Source of the DNA: Candidatus Gottesmanbacteria bacterium
Lineage (GTDB): Bacteria > Patescibacteriota > Microgenomatia > UBA10105 > UBA927
Length of the DNA: 48,068 nucleotides
Assembly (NCBI GenBank): GCA_030679255.1
Contig: JAUXTO010000042.1
Location: 110,714 to 158,781, forward strand
Reading direction: 5' to 3'
In this document: in pieces, positions 16,680-25,074 of the stretch
Layout of the letters: every line of letters starts with the position of its first letter
How positions within the stretch are numbered: the stretch's first letter is position 1
Notes under the pieces: model-generated
What the model was told of the DNA's origin: nothing
Databases searched by the model: none
Seen by the model: only the letters and a program-made list of their open reading frames with translations
Translations under genes and position numbers: made by a program

Positions 16680-17294
16680 ATGCAACCATTACAGGCCAAT
16701 CAGACAAGTCAACCCAAGAAGCAAAGCGCGAATACCACAAATAGCGTGTTAGAGTCATTGCGGGACCTGGGCTCCGGTGTGGGGAATACCATCACCAAGG
16801 ACGTCATCGGAGGAATGGCAAATGATGCGCTTTCTTCTCTGTTCGGCCAGCCCACTGGAGGGGATTTTAAACGACCGCAGCAGCCAACGGTGGAAGGATT
16901 TCCGGAACGGCAGCCATTCCGTCCGCAAATGCGCCGCCCCGAAGTATACCAACCGATGATCCTCGATCAGCGTGAGGAAGTAGGTATGAAACAAAAACTT
17001 GATTCTGTCCGCCTGGAACTGAAAGCGCTCGCCTCATCCATCAAGAATTTAAACAGTCAAATAGAACGTGCGATTGATGATATACCTGCTCACGCCGGCA
17101 TCTACCATGTTAATTTTCTGGAACGCTTGCGGGGTATCATCCGTACACTTCGTGAAAATATTGAAGACAGCGGGTCATGGCTTGCATTGTGGTCGGGGAG
17201 AAAGCAAAAAAAGAAATACTGGGGTATGTATAAAAAACACGGCACCTCCTTTGGGCTCTCTTCAGAGCGGAATGTCTCGACACAAGCCGGGTAG
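16680..17294 (+). CDS. DUF5660-like hypothetical protein
   Basis: GIYHVNFLE…WL……KKKYWGMYKKHGTSFGLSSER….QAG C-terminus; family recalled from Microgenomates, not searched. Confidence 0.7.
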   Translation: MQPLQANQTSQPKKQSANTTNSVLESLRDLGSGVGNTITKDVIGGMANDALSSLFGQPTGGDFKRPQQPTVEGFPERQPFRPQMRRPEVYQPMILDQREEVGMKQKLDSVRLELKALASSIKNLNSQIERAIDDIPAHAGIYHVNFLERLRGIIRTLRENIEDSGSWLALWSGRKQKKKYWGMYKKHGTSFGLSSERNVSTQAG

Positions 17295-17421
17295 TGAAAA
17301 TTCGACTGCTTGCTCCTAGCAAGCTATGCCAGGTGTTTATACCTGTCGAATTTCTACTACGCGGCAAGCCGGATAATCTCCATTGACTAATTGGGCGAAG
17401 TGGTTTACGTTGGAGGAACAG

Positions 17422-17495
17422 GGCCGATTAGCTCAGTTGGTTAGAGCGCTGCATTCACATTGCAGAAGTCGGAGGTTCGAATCCTCCATCGGCCA
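17422..17495 (+). tRNA. tRNA-Val(CAC)
   Basis: Acceptor GGCCGAT/ATCGGCC, anticodon arm CTGCA-TTCACAT-TGCAG. Confidence 0.95.
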
Positions 17496-17542
17496 CAGAT
17501 GCGTAGCGTACGCCGATAAGAAGCCACAGGATAGAGAGATAT

Positions 17543-18043
17543 ATGGGTCGAAATGTTGCACGTATCAAAGGGTTAGGATATATTCTTTGGCATACCCGTC
17601 ATCATGCGTATCATATGCTCATTGGAGTGGTTTGGGCATGGATATTGCGGGAGGTTTGGGGAGAATTTCAGCTCCGGTGGTTATTTCTCTCCATCATCGC
17701 TTCGGAACTGCCGGACGCCGACCACATCATCTATTTCCTGAGTTATGGAAAACACGATCCGTACTCCAAGCTCGTCAAGTCCTTGTTTGCTAGTCAACAA
17801 TGGAGGCTTCTCTGGTATACGGTGGAAAAAGGACACAAGTATAATACTAATCTCGCCACGCATAATTATTTTACGATCCTCGTTTTGACTGCATTATCAT
17901 TCATTGCATTTTTCTTTGAGCGTCAATCATCCGTAGTTTTTTTGGGTTCTATGGTGCTTCATTATGTGTTCGATATTGTCGACGACCTGTTGATACTCGG
18001 AACGGTGAATCCTAACTGGAAGCGCCTGGGAAAGGCTAAGTGA
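17543..18043 (+). CDS. Membrane-bound metal-dependent hydrolase (YdjM-like)
   Basis: H…G, LPDADH, THN and LHYVFD motifs in a hydrophobic protein. Confidence 0.7.
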   Translation: MGRNVARIKGLGYILWHTRHHAYHMLIGVVWAWILREVWGEFQLRWLFLSIIASELPDADHIIYFLSYGKHDPYSKLVKSLFASQQWRLLWYTVEKGHKYNTNLATHNYFTILVLTALSFIAFFFERQSSVVFLGSMVLHYVFDIVDDLLILGTVNPNWKRLGKAK

Positions 18044-18056
18044 ACAATATTGGAGT

Positions 18057-18509
18057 CTACTTTGGAAGCCAATTCTGTAATTCAACAATGTTTCCTTCAG
18101 GGTCAGAAATATAGATATACGTCGATTTTCCTTTACTGTATTCTTTTGTTGCCACTTCTCCTATTTTTTTCCCGCCGAACTCTATTGCCTTTATCAGGAT
18201 CGCTTCAATATCATCTACTTGAAAAGCAATATGTCCGTATCCCTCCCGATTAGCTAAAACAGGCAGTGTTTTTTCAAGTAAATCTGTATATTGGAAAATC
18301 TCCAGTAATGGAGGTTGAGTCTCATATCCAGGCAAAAGAAGATTAATACCTTCCAATGCAGCATGTTCTATGCCAGTTCCTTTTTCTAAATATTCGCCCG
18401 AAAGATGTGTAACATTTGTTTGTTTACACCCAAATACATTCACATAAAAATCCGCTAATTGTTTCCAATTTTTTGCAATAAGATTTGTGTGAGAATATCG
18501 GATTGTCAT
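18057..18509 (-). CDS. VOC/glyoxalase family protein
   Basis: HTNL..K….LADFY..VFG, LEIFQY, GHIAFQVDD, DPEGNIVEL. Confidence 0.88.
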   Translation of the reverse strand: MTIRYSHTNLIAKNWKQLADFYVNVFGCKQTNVTHLSGEYLEKGTGIEHAALEGINLLLPGYETQPPLLEIFQYTDLLEKTLPVLANREGYGHIAFQVDDIEAILIKAIEFGGKKIGEVATKEYSKGKSTYIYISDPEGNIVELQNWLPK

Positions 18510-18601
18510 AGTGAGATCATACCAGCAGGTCATGTAGGAATCCCTACCTCCATACATCTGAACGATGCTCTGACAGGAGGGAAATTTCCAAAAAAGCTCT
18601 G

Positions 18602-18672
18602 CAGGGACGTCCCGATTCGGACGGGAAATTAGGATTTTGGAGATCCTTGTGATGCCATTTCACTACGTCCCT
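18602..18672 (-). tRNA. tRNA-Trp(CCA)
   Basis: Acceptor AGGGACG/CGTCCCT, anticodon arm AGGAT-CTCCAAA-ATCCT; T-loop TCCGAAT. Confidence 0.92.
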
Positions 18673-19328
18673 ATTTGCTTGATCCTAAAGGAATTGTAGA
18701 GTGATGTGAGTTCCTTTGCAACTTTACTGTCATAATAGGTAATGGCAAGACAACCTGGATAATTTTTATGCATATTTTTCCCCGTGTTAGGTTTCATATA
18801 TGAGCGATTAAATTGCGCTTTTGGAATTCCAGTTATTTTCTGCCAAAAAAGTCTTTGTTTCGTCTCGTTGTGATATTGATGTAAATGCATCAACGCCCGA
18901 AACTTTTTTTCTTCCAGAGTATATCCCGCCCGAAGAAACTTTAAAAACAATTTTATTAGTTGGGGGTCAGAGTTCGTAAACTTTAGGCTATTTTGGTTTT
19001 TGCTTCCTTCACACCAATAGAGTAGAGAACAAAAGAGTTGAGATAGCTCTTTTGAACTCGGAATTTTATTCAATGAACAACTCGCCTTTAGAGCAATTTG
19101 TTCATTTATGATCGATGCTTTTGCAAGCAAAATATTTCTTGACATTTCTTGACCATATATTCTTCTTTGATTTAGCCTAGCTAAGGCTTGAGAATCAAGG
19201 TACGTTTCTCTCAGCCATCGAGAAGCTGTACCGGGTGAAATTTTGAACAATCTGGCTATCTCTTTAATGGAGTAACCTAATTTTCTGTAGTTTTTTGCCT
19301 TCTTTATGATTTCCTGATTATACCCCAT
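18663..19328 (-). CDS. HTH plus LAGLIDADG-like hypothetical protein
   Basis: N-terminal HTH (R.LGYSIKEIARLF.IS.GT.SRW), LYWCEGSK, FTNSDP.LI.LFL.FL; its stop codon falls inside tRNA-Trp. Confidence 0.75.
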   Translation of the reverse strand: MGYNQEIIKKAKNYRKLGYSIKEIARLFKISPGTASRWLRETYLDSQALARLNQRRIYGQEMSRNILLAKASIINEQIALKASCSLNKIPSSKELSQLFCSLLYWCEGSKNQNSLKFTNSDPQLIKLFLKFLRAGYTLEEKKFRALMHLHQYHNETKQRLFWQKITGIPKAQFNRSYMKPNTGKNMHKNYPGCLAITYYDSKVAKELTSLYNSFRIKQIGT

Positions 19329-19384
19329 AGGTTATATGACTATTTTAGTGGGTACGATAATAGATGTCAAATTGATGTGAGAGA

Positions 19385-19897
19385 TTATGGGAGTAGCGTG
19401 ATTGAGGATATGAGCTTACGGAATGCCTCACCGCGGCCGGCGAGGAACACATCGAGCTTTGTACCCGGATGACGGAAAATAAGTGAATCAACGGAAGCAC
19501 TGTCAGTCGCCAGTTGCGTATGATACAGTTTTGCTGCCGTCGTCCCAACGCGGATATCTTCTATCGATGATTCTGAAACCATAGGTTTTGGAATATTTTT
19601 TTGACAGGTCATGAGGATCCCATCATCCGGATTATTGCCGGTAAACGCCGCGCTACCCGAGGCGTTTTCCAATACACGCAACGATGCAGGGTAATCAAAT
19701 GCCACGTTACAGAAAGAGTTACGGTATGGTTTTACATCAGATGGTATCGATTGGCCGGTGGTGAGAACGGTGGGAGTTGGAAATGAGATGGAGCTCGATG
19801 GAGTAGCGGGCGTCAATTTTCTGCCAAGATTCACTCCAATGAGAAGTGCTGCTATAACGGCGAGAAGACTCACAAGCAAGTAGGTATTTCGATACAT
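19385..19897 (-). CDS. Single-TM hypothetical protein (PsbP-like extracellular domain?)
   Basis: TM helix, P/T/S linker, Y.N..C.V.F.YP motif. Confidence 0.6.
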   Translation of the reverse strand: MYRNTYLLVSLLAVIAALLIGVNLGRKLTPATPSSSISFPTPTVLTTGQSIPSDVKPYRNSFCNVAFDYPASLRVLENASGSAAFTGNNPDDGILMTCQKNIPKPMVSESSIEDIRVGTTAAKLYHTQLATDSASVDSLIFRHPGTKLDVFLAGRGEAFRKLISSITLLP

Positions 19898-19905
19898 GGC
19901 TTCCC

Positions 19906-20079
19906 TTAATCCAATTTGCCTGATTCTTTGTGTTCCGTATGCTTCCGGCACTTTGGACAATATTTGCGCAGTTTCAGTTTTTCCGGCGTGTTGAGCTTAC
20001 TGCGCTCAGTCATATAGTTTTGACATTTGCAAACAGTACAAGTAAGTCCTGCGATAATCCGTTGTGCTTTCTTGGCCAT
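19906..20079 (-). CDS. rpmG: 50S ribosomal protein L33
   Basis: Below the ORF-track cutoff: MAKKAQRIIAGLTCTVCKCQNYMTERSKLNTPEKLKLRKYCPKCRKHTEHKESGKLD. Confidence 0.95.
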   Translation of the reverse strand: MAKKAQRIIAGLTCTVCKCQNYMTERSKLNTPEKLKLRKYCPKCRKHTEHKESGKLD

Positions 20080-20099
20080 AACGACATTATACCCGAATT

Positions 20100-20531
20100 T
20101 TACGGTCGCTTCAAGAAGGTGACGTCTATGCGTTTTGCTTCAAAAAAGTCCTGACAAAATTGTGCCGTCTTTTCCATATCATACCAGACACAGGAAAAAA
20201 TATTGATATAACAACTTTTTTTATATTCCGAAAAATGCCCGGTCACAGAACTCGTTTCGATAAGCTGAACCATAGAGTACCCGGCAGTAATAGGATTTTC
20301 ATGACCGAAGTGGGGTATAAGCGGCTCACCGTACCGCTTCATATGGATCACGCGGTCGCAAAGTTCTATGATAAATCGCTTGATTTCTTCACCGGATGAA
20401 ATTTTTTTAAGATTACAATCATACAGATTGAGGACTAGCTCTTGTCCAAAAAAATCTTTTTCATGCGGATTGATATTTTTAAGCATATATGTAGATAACG
20501 GTATTTTCTTCTGTTTGTCAATAGTCGTCAT
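20100..20531 (-). CDS. S-adenosylmethionine decarboxylase family protein
   Basis: FGQELVLNLYDC, GYS.VQLIETSS.TGHF, YINIFSC. Confidence 0.8.
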   Translation of the reverse strand: MTTIDKQKKIPLSTYMLKNINPHEKDFFGQELVLNLYDCNLKKISSGEEIKRFIIELCDRVIHMKRYGEPLIPHFGHENPITAGYSMVQLIETSSVTGHFSEYKKSCYINIFSCVWYDMEKTAQFCQDFFEAKRIDVTFLKRP

Positions 20532-20549
20532 GCATTATACTACGGCCAT

Positions 20550-21413
20550 ATGTCCTACATCGGCTTTGCGTGGATTACGGCCATACTGTATTCATCGAGT
20601 TTTCTTGTTGGGAAATACTCGACCAAACATAAAATCGCCAATCCATGGCTTTATAATTTTATCTGGTCTTTTATCATCGTCATACTGTCAACGATAATCG
20701 CAATTTTTCAAGGCGCCGGCATTCCGCACGATTGGAGAAGTTTGGTACTTGCCGGTTTTCTTTCCGCAATTGCCTCGGTGACCTATACATTGTCCATATA
20801 TTTACTCGATGTCACCGTTCTCGGGCCGCTCTATAACTTCAGAACGCCTATGGCTGTATTATTGGGAGTACTCATGTTTGGAGAAAAGCTATCAATGAAT
20901 CAGATGATGCTCATCGGTATCATGACCATAGCGGGAATGTTTATCAGTATGGACGAACGGTTTAGCATACGTACTTTTTTTCGCAAACCCATTGCCTTTG
21001 CCTTGCTGACTATCGCTGTCTCCGCACTTTATAACGCTAGTTTAAAATATGCAAGCGTTCAAAACGGCTATTGGAGCACGGTTTTGTGGTTTAATATCAT
21101 AAATCAGGTGTTTCTTGTCGTCACGGTACCGTTATTTTGGAAAGAATTGCACCGCGTGAGACCCACAGATTATATTCACGTTTCTATTTCTGCAGTCTTG
21201 GCTGGCCTGGGTGGTATCACGGTCATCCCGGCACTCCTTGGAAACTTAGGCATTACGGCAGCAATTTTATCTCTTCCTATCGCTATGGTGATTGCCATTG
21301 CATTATCCGTTGTCGCGCCACACCTCTTAGAAAAACATCCCTGGAAGGTGTATGCGGTGCGTCTCGGTGCCGCAGCCGTTATGTTTGGCAGCGCACTCAT
21401 GCTTTCCCGCTAA
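20550..21413 (+). CDS. EamA/DMT family transporter
   Basis: About 10 TM helices; LLGVLMFGEKLS motif. Confidence 0.8.
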   Translation: MSYIGFAWITAILYSSSFLVGKYSTKHKIANPWLYNFIWSFIIVILSTIIAIFQGAGIPHDWRSLVLAGFLSAIASVTYTLSIYLLDVTVLGPLYNFRTPMAVLLGVLMFGEKLSMNQMMLIGIMTIAGMFISMDERFSIRTFFRKPIAFALLTIAVSALYNASLKYASVQNGYWSTVLWFNIINQVFLVVTVPLFWKELHRVRPTDYIHVSISAVLAGLGGITVIPALLGNLGITAAILSLPIAMVIAIALSVVAPHLLEKHPWKVYAVRLGAAAVMFGSALMLSR

Positions 21414-21429
21414 GCAATTTTTCCGTTTG

Positions 21430-21677
21430 AGCCCAGAGAAGGAATTGTCATGCGAAGCGTGATTTGGCTTCGCCAGAAACCCACGACCGAGTTCTTACCG
21501 CGCTCGCCGCGCCTACCTTGAGCCCAGAGAGGGAATTGAACCCTCGACCTCTTTCTTACCAAGAAAGCGTTCTGCCGCTGAACTATCTGGGCGCTATGGC
21601 GGGCGAGCCAAGAACTCGCTCCCCGCCTGCAACGCTTAGCCTAGCATTGCGGGCAGGTACCACTGAGCCATTCGGGC
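21430..21677 (-). pseudogene. Interrupted outer tRNA-Thr(GGT) with three insertions, one containing an intact tRNA-Thr(GGT)
   Basis: Pieces 21677-21658, 21621-21608, 21497-21478 and 21447-21430 join to GCCCGAA TGGCTCAGTGGTAGAGCG AGTTC TTGGTAA GAACT CGGTC GTGGG TTCAATT CCTTC TCTGGGC T. Confidence 0.8.
21521..21592 (-). tRNA. tRNA-Thr(GGT), nested
   Basis: Acceptor GCCCAGA/TCTGGGC, anticodon arm CTTTC-TTGGTAA-GAAAG. Confidence 0.95.
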
Positions 21678-21729
21678 GCAATAAAGACAATTGTATCATG
21701 GATAAATAATTGTATGAAGTACAAAAAAC

Positions 21730-22245
21730 TTATGGCTGAGGTAATACGAAAGTTTGTGTACAGGAGGCCGTTTGATTGCTGTCATTTTTGAGCAGAACAT
21801 CGACAACCGTTGGTACGTTTGCCTCGAGTTCAAGAGAAGGAGAGTCGCAGCGAAATATTCCACCGCCTCGAGCTACATCCTGAGTAAGAGAACTCTGTGC
21901 GCTCGTCGTTGCGACAACTTTTCCGGCGACACTGACACTAAAATTGCACATGACTTTTTTGGTCGTCATGAGATCAGCCCCCTCTACACCGATAAAATAT
22001 TTCGGGAATCCGACAACGGGATTATACCATTGACGTTCACACGCCAGTCCAACGATAGGTCCAGGAGTCGGGGATACTTCAACGATCGGAGTGACTACTT
22101 CATTCCCTGTCTGAACCGGGGCATTTGTGGTCTTAGGTCGAAGAAAATAAACACCTCCGGCAATCGCAGCAAGAACAACCGCACCAATGACATAGTACAT
22201 CATCGACCCGTTTGTTTGTGTTTCTTCTGTGTGTTGTTCTTCCAT
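21730..22245 (-). CDS. Single-TM hypothetical protein with Cys pairs
   Basis: TM helix, PT linker, Cys-containing beta-rich domain; the start could be 22263. Confidence 0.65.
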   Translation of the reverse strand: MEEQHTEETQTNGSMMYYVIGAVVLAAIAGGVYFLRPKTTNAPVQTGNEVVTPIVEVSPTPGPIVGLACERQWYNPVVGFPKYFIGVEGADLMTTKKVMCNFSVSVAGKVVATTSAQSSLTQDVARGGGIFRCDSPSLELEANVPTVVDVLLKNDSNQTASCTQTFVLPQP

Positions 22246-22367
22246 ATCAACCACTATACCCATCTATATTTATCAATGCAAGGGTCAATTTTTTTATAGG
22301 ATATTGGCGTACCTAAAGATTGTTCCTGTCAACATTTTATATCAAAATCGGCTATAATAACCTTTAC

Positions 22368-22455
22368 GCTGAGGTGGCGGAGCGGACAATCGTAGTAGAC
22401 TGTAAATCTACCGGCCGAAAGGCCTACCCAGGTTCGAATCCTGGCCTCAGCACCA
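22368..22455 (+). tRNA. tRNA-Tyr(GTA)
   Basis: Acceptor GCTGAGG/CCTCAGC, anticodon arm GTAGA-CTGTAAA-TCTAC, variable arm, encoded CCA. Confidence 0.95.
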
Positions 22456-22494
22456 CTTCGCTAAAGCTTCGCGGTGCACGGCACATTTTTTGCT

Positions 22495-22806
22495 ATGCTT
22501 ATCCGAAAACGACTCATCGATAAAACGACCAGATTAAGCACACTGACCAATGCAATTGCCCATCGGTATCGTTTAGCAATACTCTATTTATTGGCCCATG
22601 ATCCGAAGGAAACGAGGGAACTTGCTTACGCCCTTGCGATACGGGAACCGCTCCTCATTCATCATGTACAAATTATGGTCAAATCAGGCTGGCTCAGACG
22701 GATTAAAACCGGCAGGCATGTGACGTATGAGTTGAAAGAAGATTGCGCTATAGAACTCAAGAAGTTTTTAGGAGATACTCCGTTTTTTCGTAATTTGAGC
22801 CGATGA
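22495..22806 (+). CDS. ArsR family winged-helix transcriptional regulator
   Basis: AIAH.YRL.IL.LL…….ELA..L.I….L.HH…M..SGW….K.GR.V.Y.L. Confidence 0.75.
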   Translation: MLIRKRLIDKTTRLSTLTNAIAHRYRLAILYLLAHDPKETRELAYALAIREPLLIHHVQIMVKSGWLRRIKTGRHVTYELKEDCAIELKKFLGDTPFFRNLSR

Positions 22807-22998
22807 TCCCGCTTAGCGGGACAACCTTCGCTTTATCCCAGTACCATTTAGCTCGCCTTTGTTTGGAGCCTCCCAACAGAATCGAACTGTTATCAGCGGT
22901 TTATCCCAGTACTTCTTGCTGGCGACACTATTGAGCTGGCGGGGAGGATCGGACTCCCGACCTACTGTTTATCCCAGTACCATTTAGCCGACGTCTTG

Positions 22999-23070
22999 AG
23001 CCGACGAGAGGATTTGAACCTCCAACCTTCGCTTTACAAAAGCGCTGCTCAACCATTGAGCTACGTCGGC
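22999..23070 (-). tRNA. tRNA-Thr(TGT), innermost and intact
   Basis: Acceptor GCCGACG/CGTCGGC, anticodon arm GCGCT-TTTGTAA-AGCGA. Confidence 0.93.
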
Positions 23071-23084
23071 GTAAATGTACGGGA

Positions 23085-23129
23085 CTAACTCACAGTATAA
23101 CTCACTTCGTTCGCTAACTGTGAGTTGAG
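23085..23129. repeat. 45-nt hairpin element (second copy at 23301-23345)
   Basis: CTAACTCACAGTA…CTCACTTCGTTCGC..ACTGTGAGTTGAG, two near-identical copies at tRNA anticodon split points. Confidence 0.85.
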
Positions 23130-23476
23130 CAAAACAGTTGCTCGGACTTTATCCGCCTCTGGCGGAACTGAGCTACGCCAGCTTAGAAGTACGGGATCCC
23201 GCACCTCTAAGCCAAATTGTACAACAATTTGGCAAGATGGTGCTGGGACAAAACCGTCGCTCTGCCGTTGAGCTAGGGAGGCGAGCATAAATGTACGGGA
23301 CTAACTCACAGTATTACTCACTTCGTTCGCAAACTGTGAGTTGAGCAAAACAGTTGCCCCGCCCGCTACGCCTGAGCGTTAGCTCTGGCGGGCAGGTCTA
23401 CCACTGAGCTACGCCAGCAACTCGTATTGAAATTGTACCAAAGACTACGAAGATCAACAACATTTGAGGTTAAAGA

Positions 23477-23698
23477 GTGGAAGTAAAGAAATAATTCCGC
23501 CTGCCAGCAATGCTTACGCAAAGCGTTTGCAGGCTGGCCCGGTAGGATGAAGGTATTTTCCCCGATTTGATCAATCGGAAGGACCGTCTCACTGACCAAG
23601 GCCAGTGAAGAACTTTAGTCCTGTCTCCTGCGCCAAAAATTGGTGCAGAATACCTCATTGTTCATGATTTTGTGGAGGAAAATATTCTCCATCTCCAC
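23477..23698 (-). ncRNA. Putative 6S-like rod-shaped RNA carrying two palindromic inserts
   Basis: Minus-strand TTGACA-17-TAAGCT promoter upstream. Terminal stem GTGGA/TCCAC, stems ATGAGGTATT/AATACCTTCAT and AGGAC/GTCCT around a central bubble, apical TCACTGGCC/GGTCAGTGA; no convincing ORF. Confidence 0.5.
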
Positions 23699-23728
23699 AC
23701 GGGCATAATCAGCTTATCGATTACAAAT

Positions 23729-24379
23729 TCATTTGTCAAGAGCGGCAAAAAAGAACCGGTTATTCGATATAGAAAAGTCTCGAACATCATGGAATATTGT
23801 TTTCAGTGTAATGTTCAACGTATTTGATTTTTTCAGATAATCAAGCTCACGGAGATAGTTGACGATCACGACCCCCTGCGGTTTCAGACAGCGTTTCAGT
23901 GATTGATAAAAAGAAGGTAAAGTAACAAATTCCGGAATGATCCGTCCGATAAAAAGATCGATGACGATCAAATCATAGCTATGAGCCGGTGGAGCACTGA
24001 TGTATTTTTTAGCATCATCGACGATAAACTGTATGAACGGGAACGAATCAAATCCAAAATATTTTTTGGCGATCGATATAATCGTTGCATCGATGTCAAC
24101 CGCAGTTATGTAGGGCTTGACTGTGCGTTCGGAGAGAATTCTCATCACCGTCCCACCTCCTACTCCTAACACGAGAATAGACGGCTGGTCCGGAAATTGG
24201 GGTAGCCCAAATGCATCGATAGCTTTTTCCCATAACTCCTGGATGGTCGGCCCTGACTGCCGGGAACCATTAACGAGTAATCTTCTCACCCCCCATTCTT
24301 CCATGACCCGTATATCTTGATTGTACCGGGAGGATGTATGAAGAAGCGTACGGGGAATGAGGTACGACAAAAGGGACAT
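23729..24379 (-). CDS. Spermidine-synthase-like SAM-dependent methyltransferase
   Basis: ILVLGVGGG, TAVDID, DDAKKY, YDLIVIDLF, LKPQGV.IVN. Confidence 0.82.
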   Translation of the reverse strand: MSLLSYLIPRTLLHTSSRYNQDIRVMEEWGVRRLLVNGSRQSGPTIQELWEKAIDAFGLPQFPDQPSILVLGVGGGTVMRILSERTVKPYITAVDIDATIISIAKKYFGFDSFPFIQFIVDDAKKYISAPPAHSYDLIVIDLFIGRIIPEFVTLPSFYQSLKRCLKPQGVVIVNYLRELDYLKKSNTLNITLKTIFHDVRDFSISNNRFFFAALDK

Positions 24380-24380
24380 A

Positions 24381-25055
24381 TCAGATAAATCGGGCGATAG
24401 GCAATAAGAGTCCAAGAATAAAACTGATAATGGGTGAAATAATTTGATGAATCGGCGATACGCCGCCGCCAAGGGGAAGAATGAGGAAAATGAGGAAAAT
24501 CATGCCATAGCGTTCAAGCCCGGCCCACTGATGTGCGTACTCTTCCGGGAGTATTCCCCCGACAATTTTAAATCCGTCCAACGGATGAATGGGAACGAGG
24601 TTAAAGATAGCAAGGATAACGTTATAGATAATGAGAGGTTGTAGGAGACTAATAATAAAATAAATGAATAATTGAATAATCGAATAATTGAATGTGGAAA
24701 CACCGAAGCGCATAAGCACATTGAGAAGTATAGAGCATACAAGGGCGAGTAAGAGGTTGCTTACGGGACCGGCGAGAGATATGAGGGCGCTGTCGCGGCG
24801 CGGGAACCGGAGGTTATAGGGATCAAACTGGACGGGTTTTCCCCAACCAAACCGAACGATTAAAAGCATAATCGTGCCGATCGGATCCAGATGAGCAAGC
24901 GGGTTAAGGGTGAGACGACCCATGAGCCTTGGCGTCGGATCACCCAGCCGGTCCGCGGACCACGCGTGGGCAAATTCATGGATAGTAATGGCGATAACCA
25001 ATGCGAGTATTCCCAATAGGAAACCCAGGGGATCAGTGGAAAGTTCTCCGAGCAT
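24381..25055 (-). CDS. Site-2 protease family (M50) zinc metalloprotease
   Basis: HEFAH, GDPTP…GRLTLNPL.HLD, AGPVSN, FNLVPIHPLDG. Confidence 0.92.
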   Translation of the reverse strand: MLGELSTDPLGFLLGILALVIAITIHEFAHAWSADRLGDPTPRLMGRLTLNPLAHLDPIGTIMLLIVRFGWGKPVQFDPYNLRFPRRDSALISLAGPVSNLLLALVCSILLNVLMRFGVSTFNYSIIQLFIYFIISLLQPLIIYNVILAIFNLVPIHPLDGFKIVGGILPEEYAHQWAGLERYGMIFLIFLILPLGGGVSPIHQIISPIISFILGLLLPIARFI

Positions 25056-25074
25056 ATGGTATAGTATACATTCT

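Larger units (their letters stand above)
22798..23418 (-). pseudogene. Four-layer nested tRNA-Thr(TGT) locus: three split outer tRNAs around one intact gene
   Basis: 5' halves at 23418-23346, 23282-23249 and 23182-23130; 3' halves at 22971-22934, 22903-22867 and 22835-22798; all split at TTTG|TAA. Confidence 0.88.

Noticed and set aside
18567-18590. Degenerate duplication of the tRNA-Trp 3' region
   Set aside because: Only two short gapped matches (AATTTCCC, CAGAGC); too weak to call.
22798-23418. CRISPR array (recurring TTTATCCCAGTAC and GTACGGGA units)
   Set aside because: The repeats are only about 13 nt, the intervening sequences are tRNA halves, and there are no cas genes in the window.
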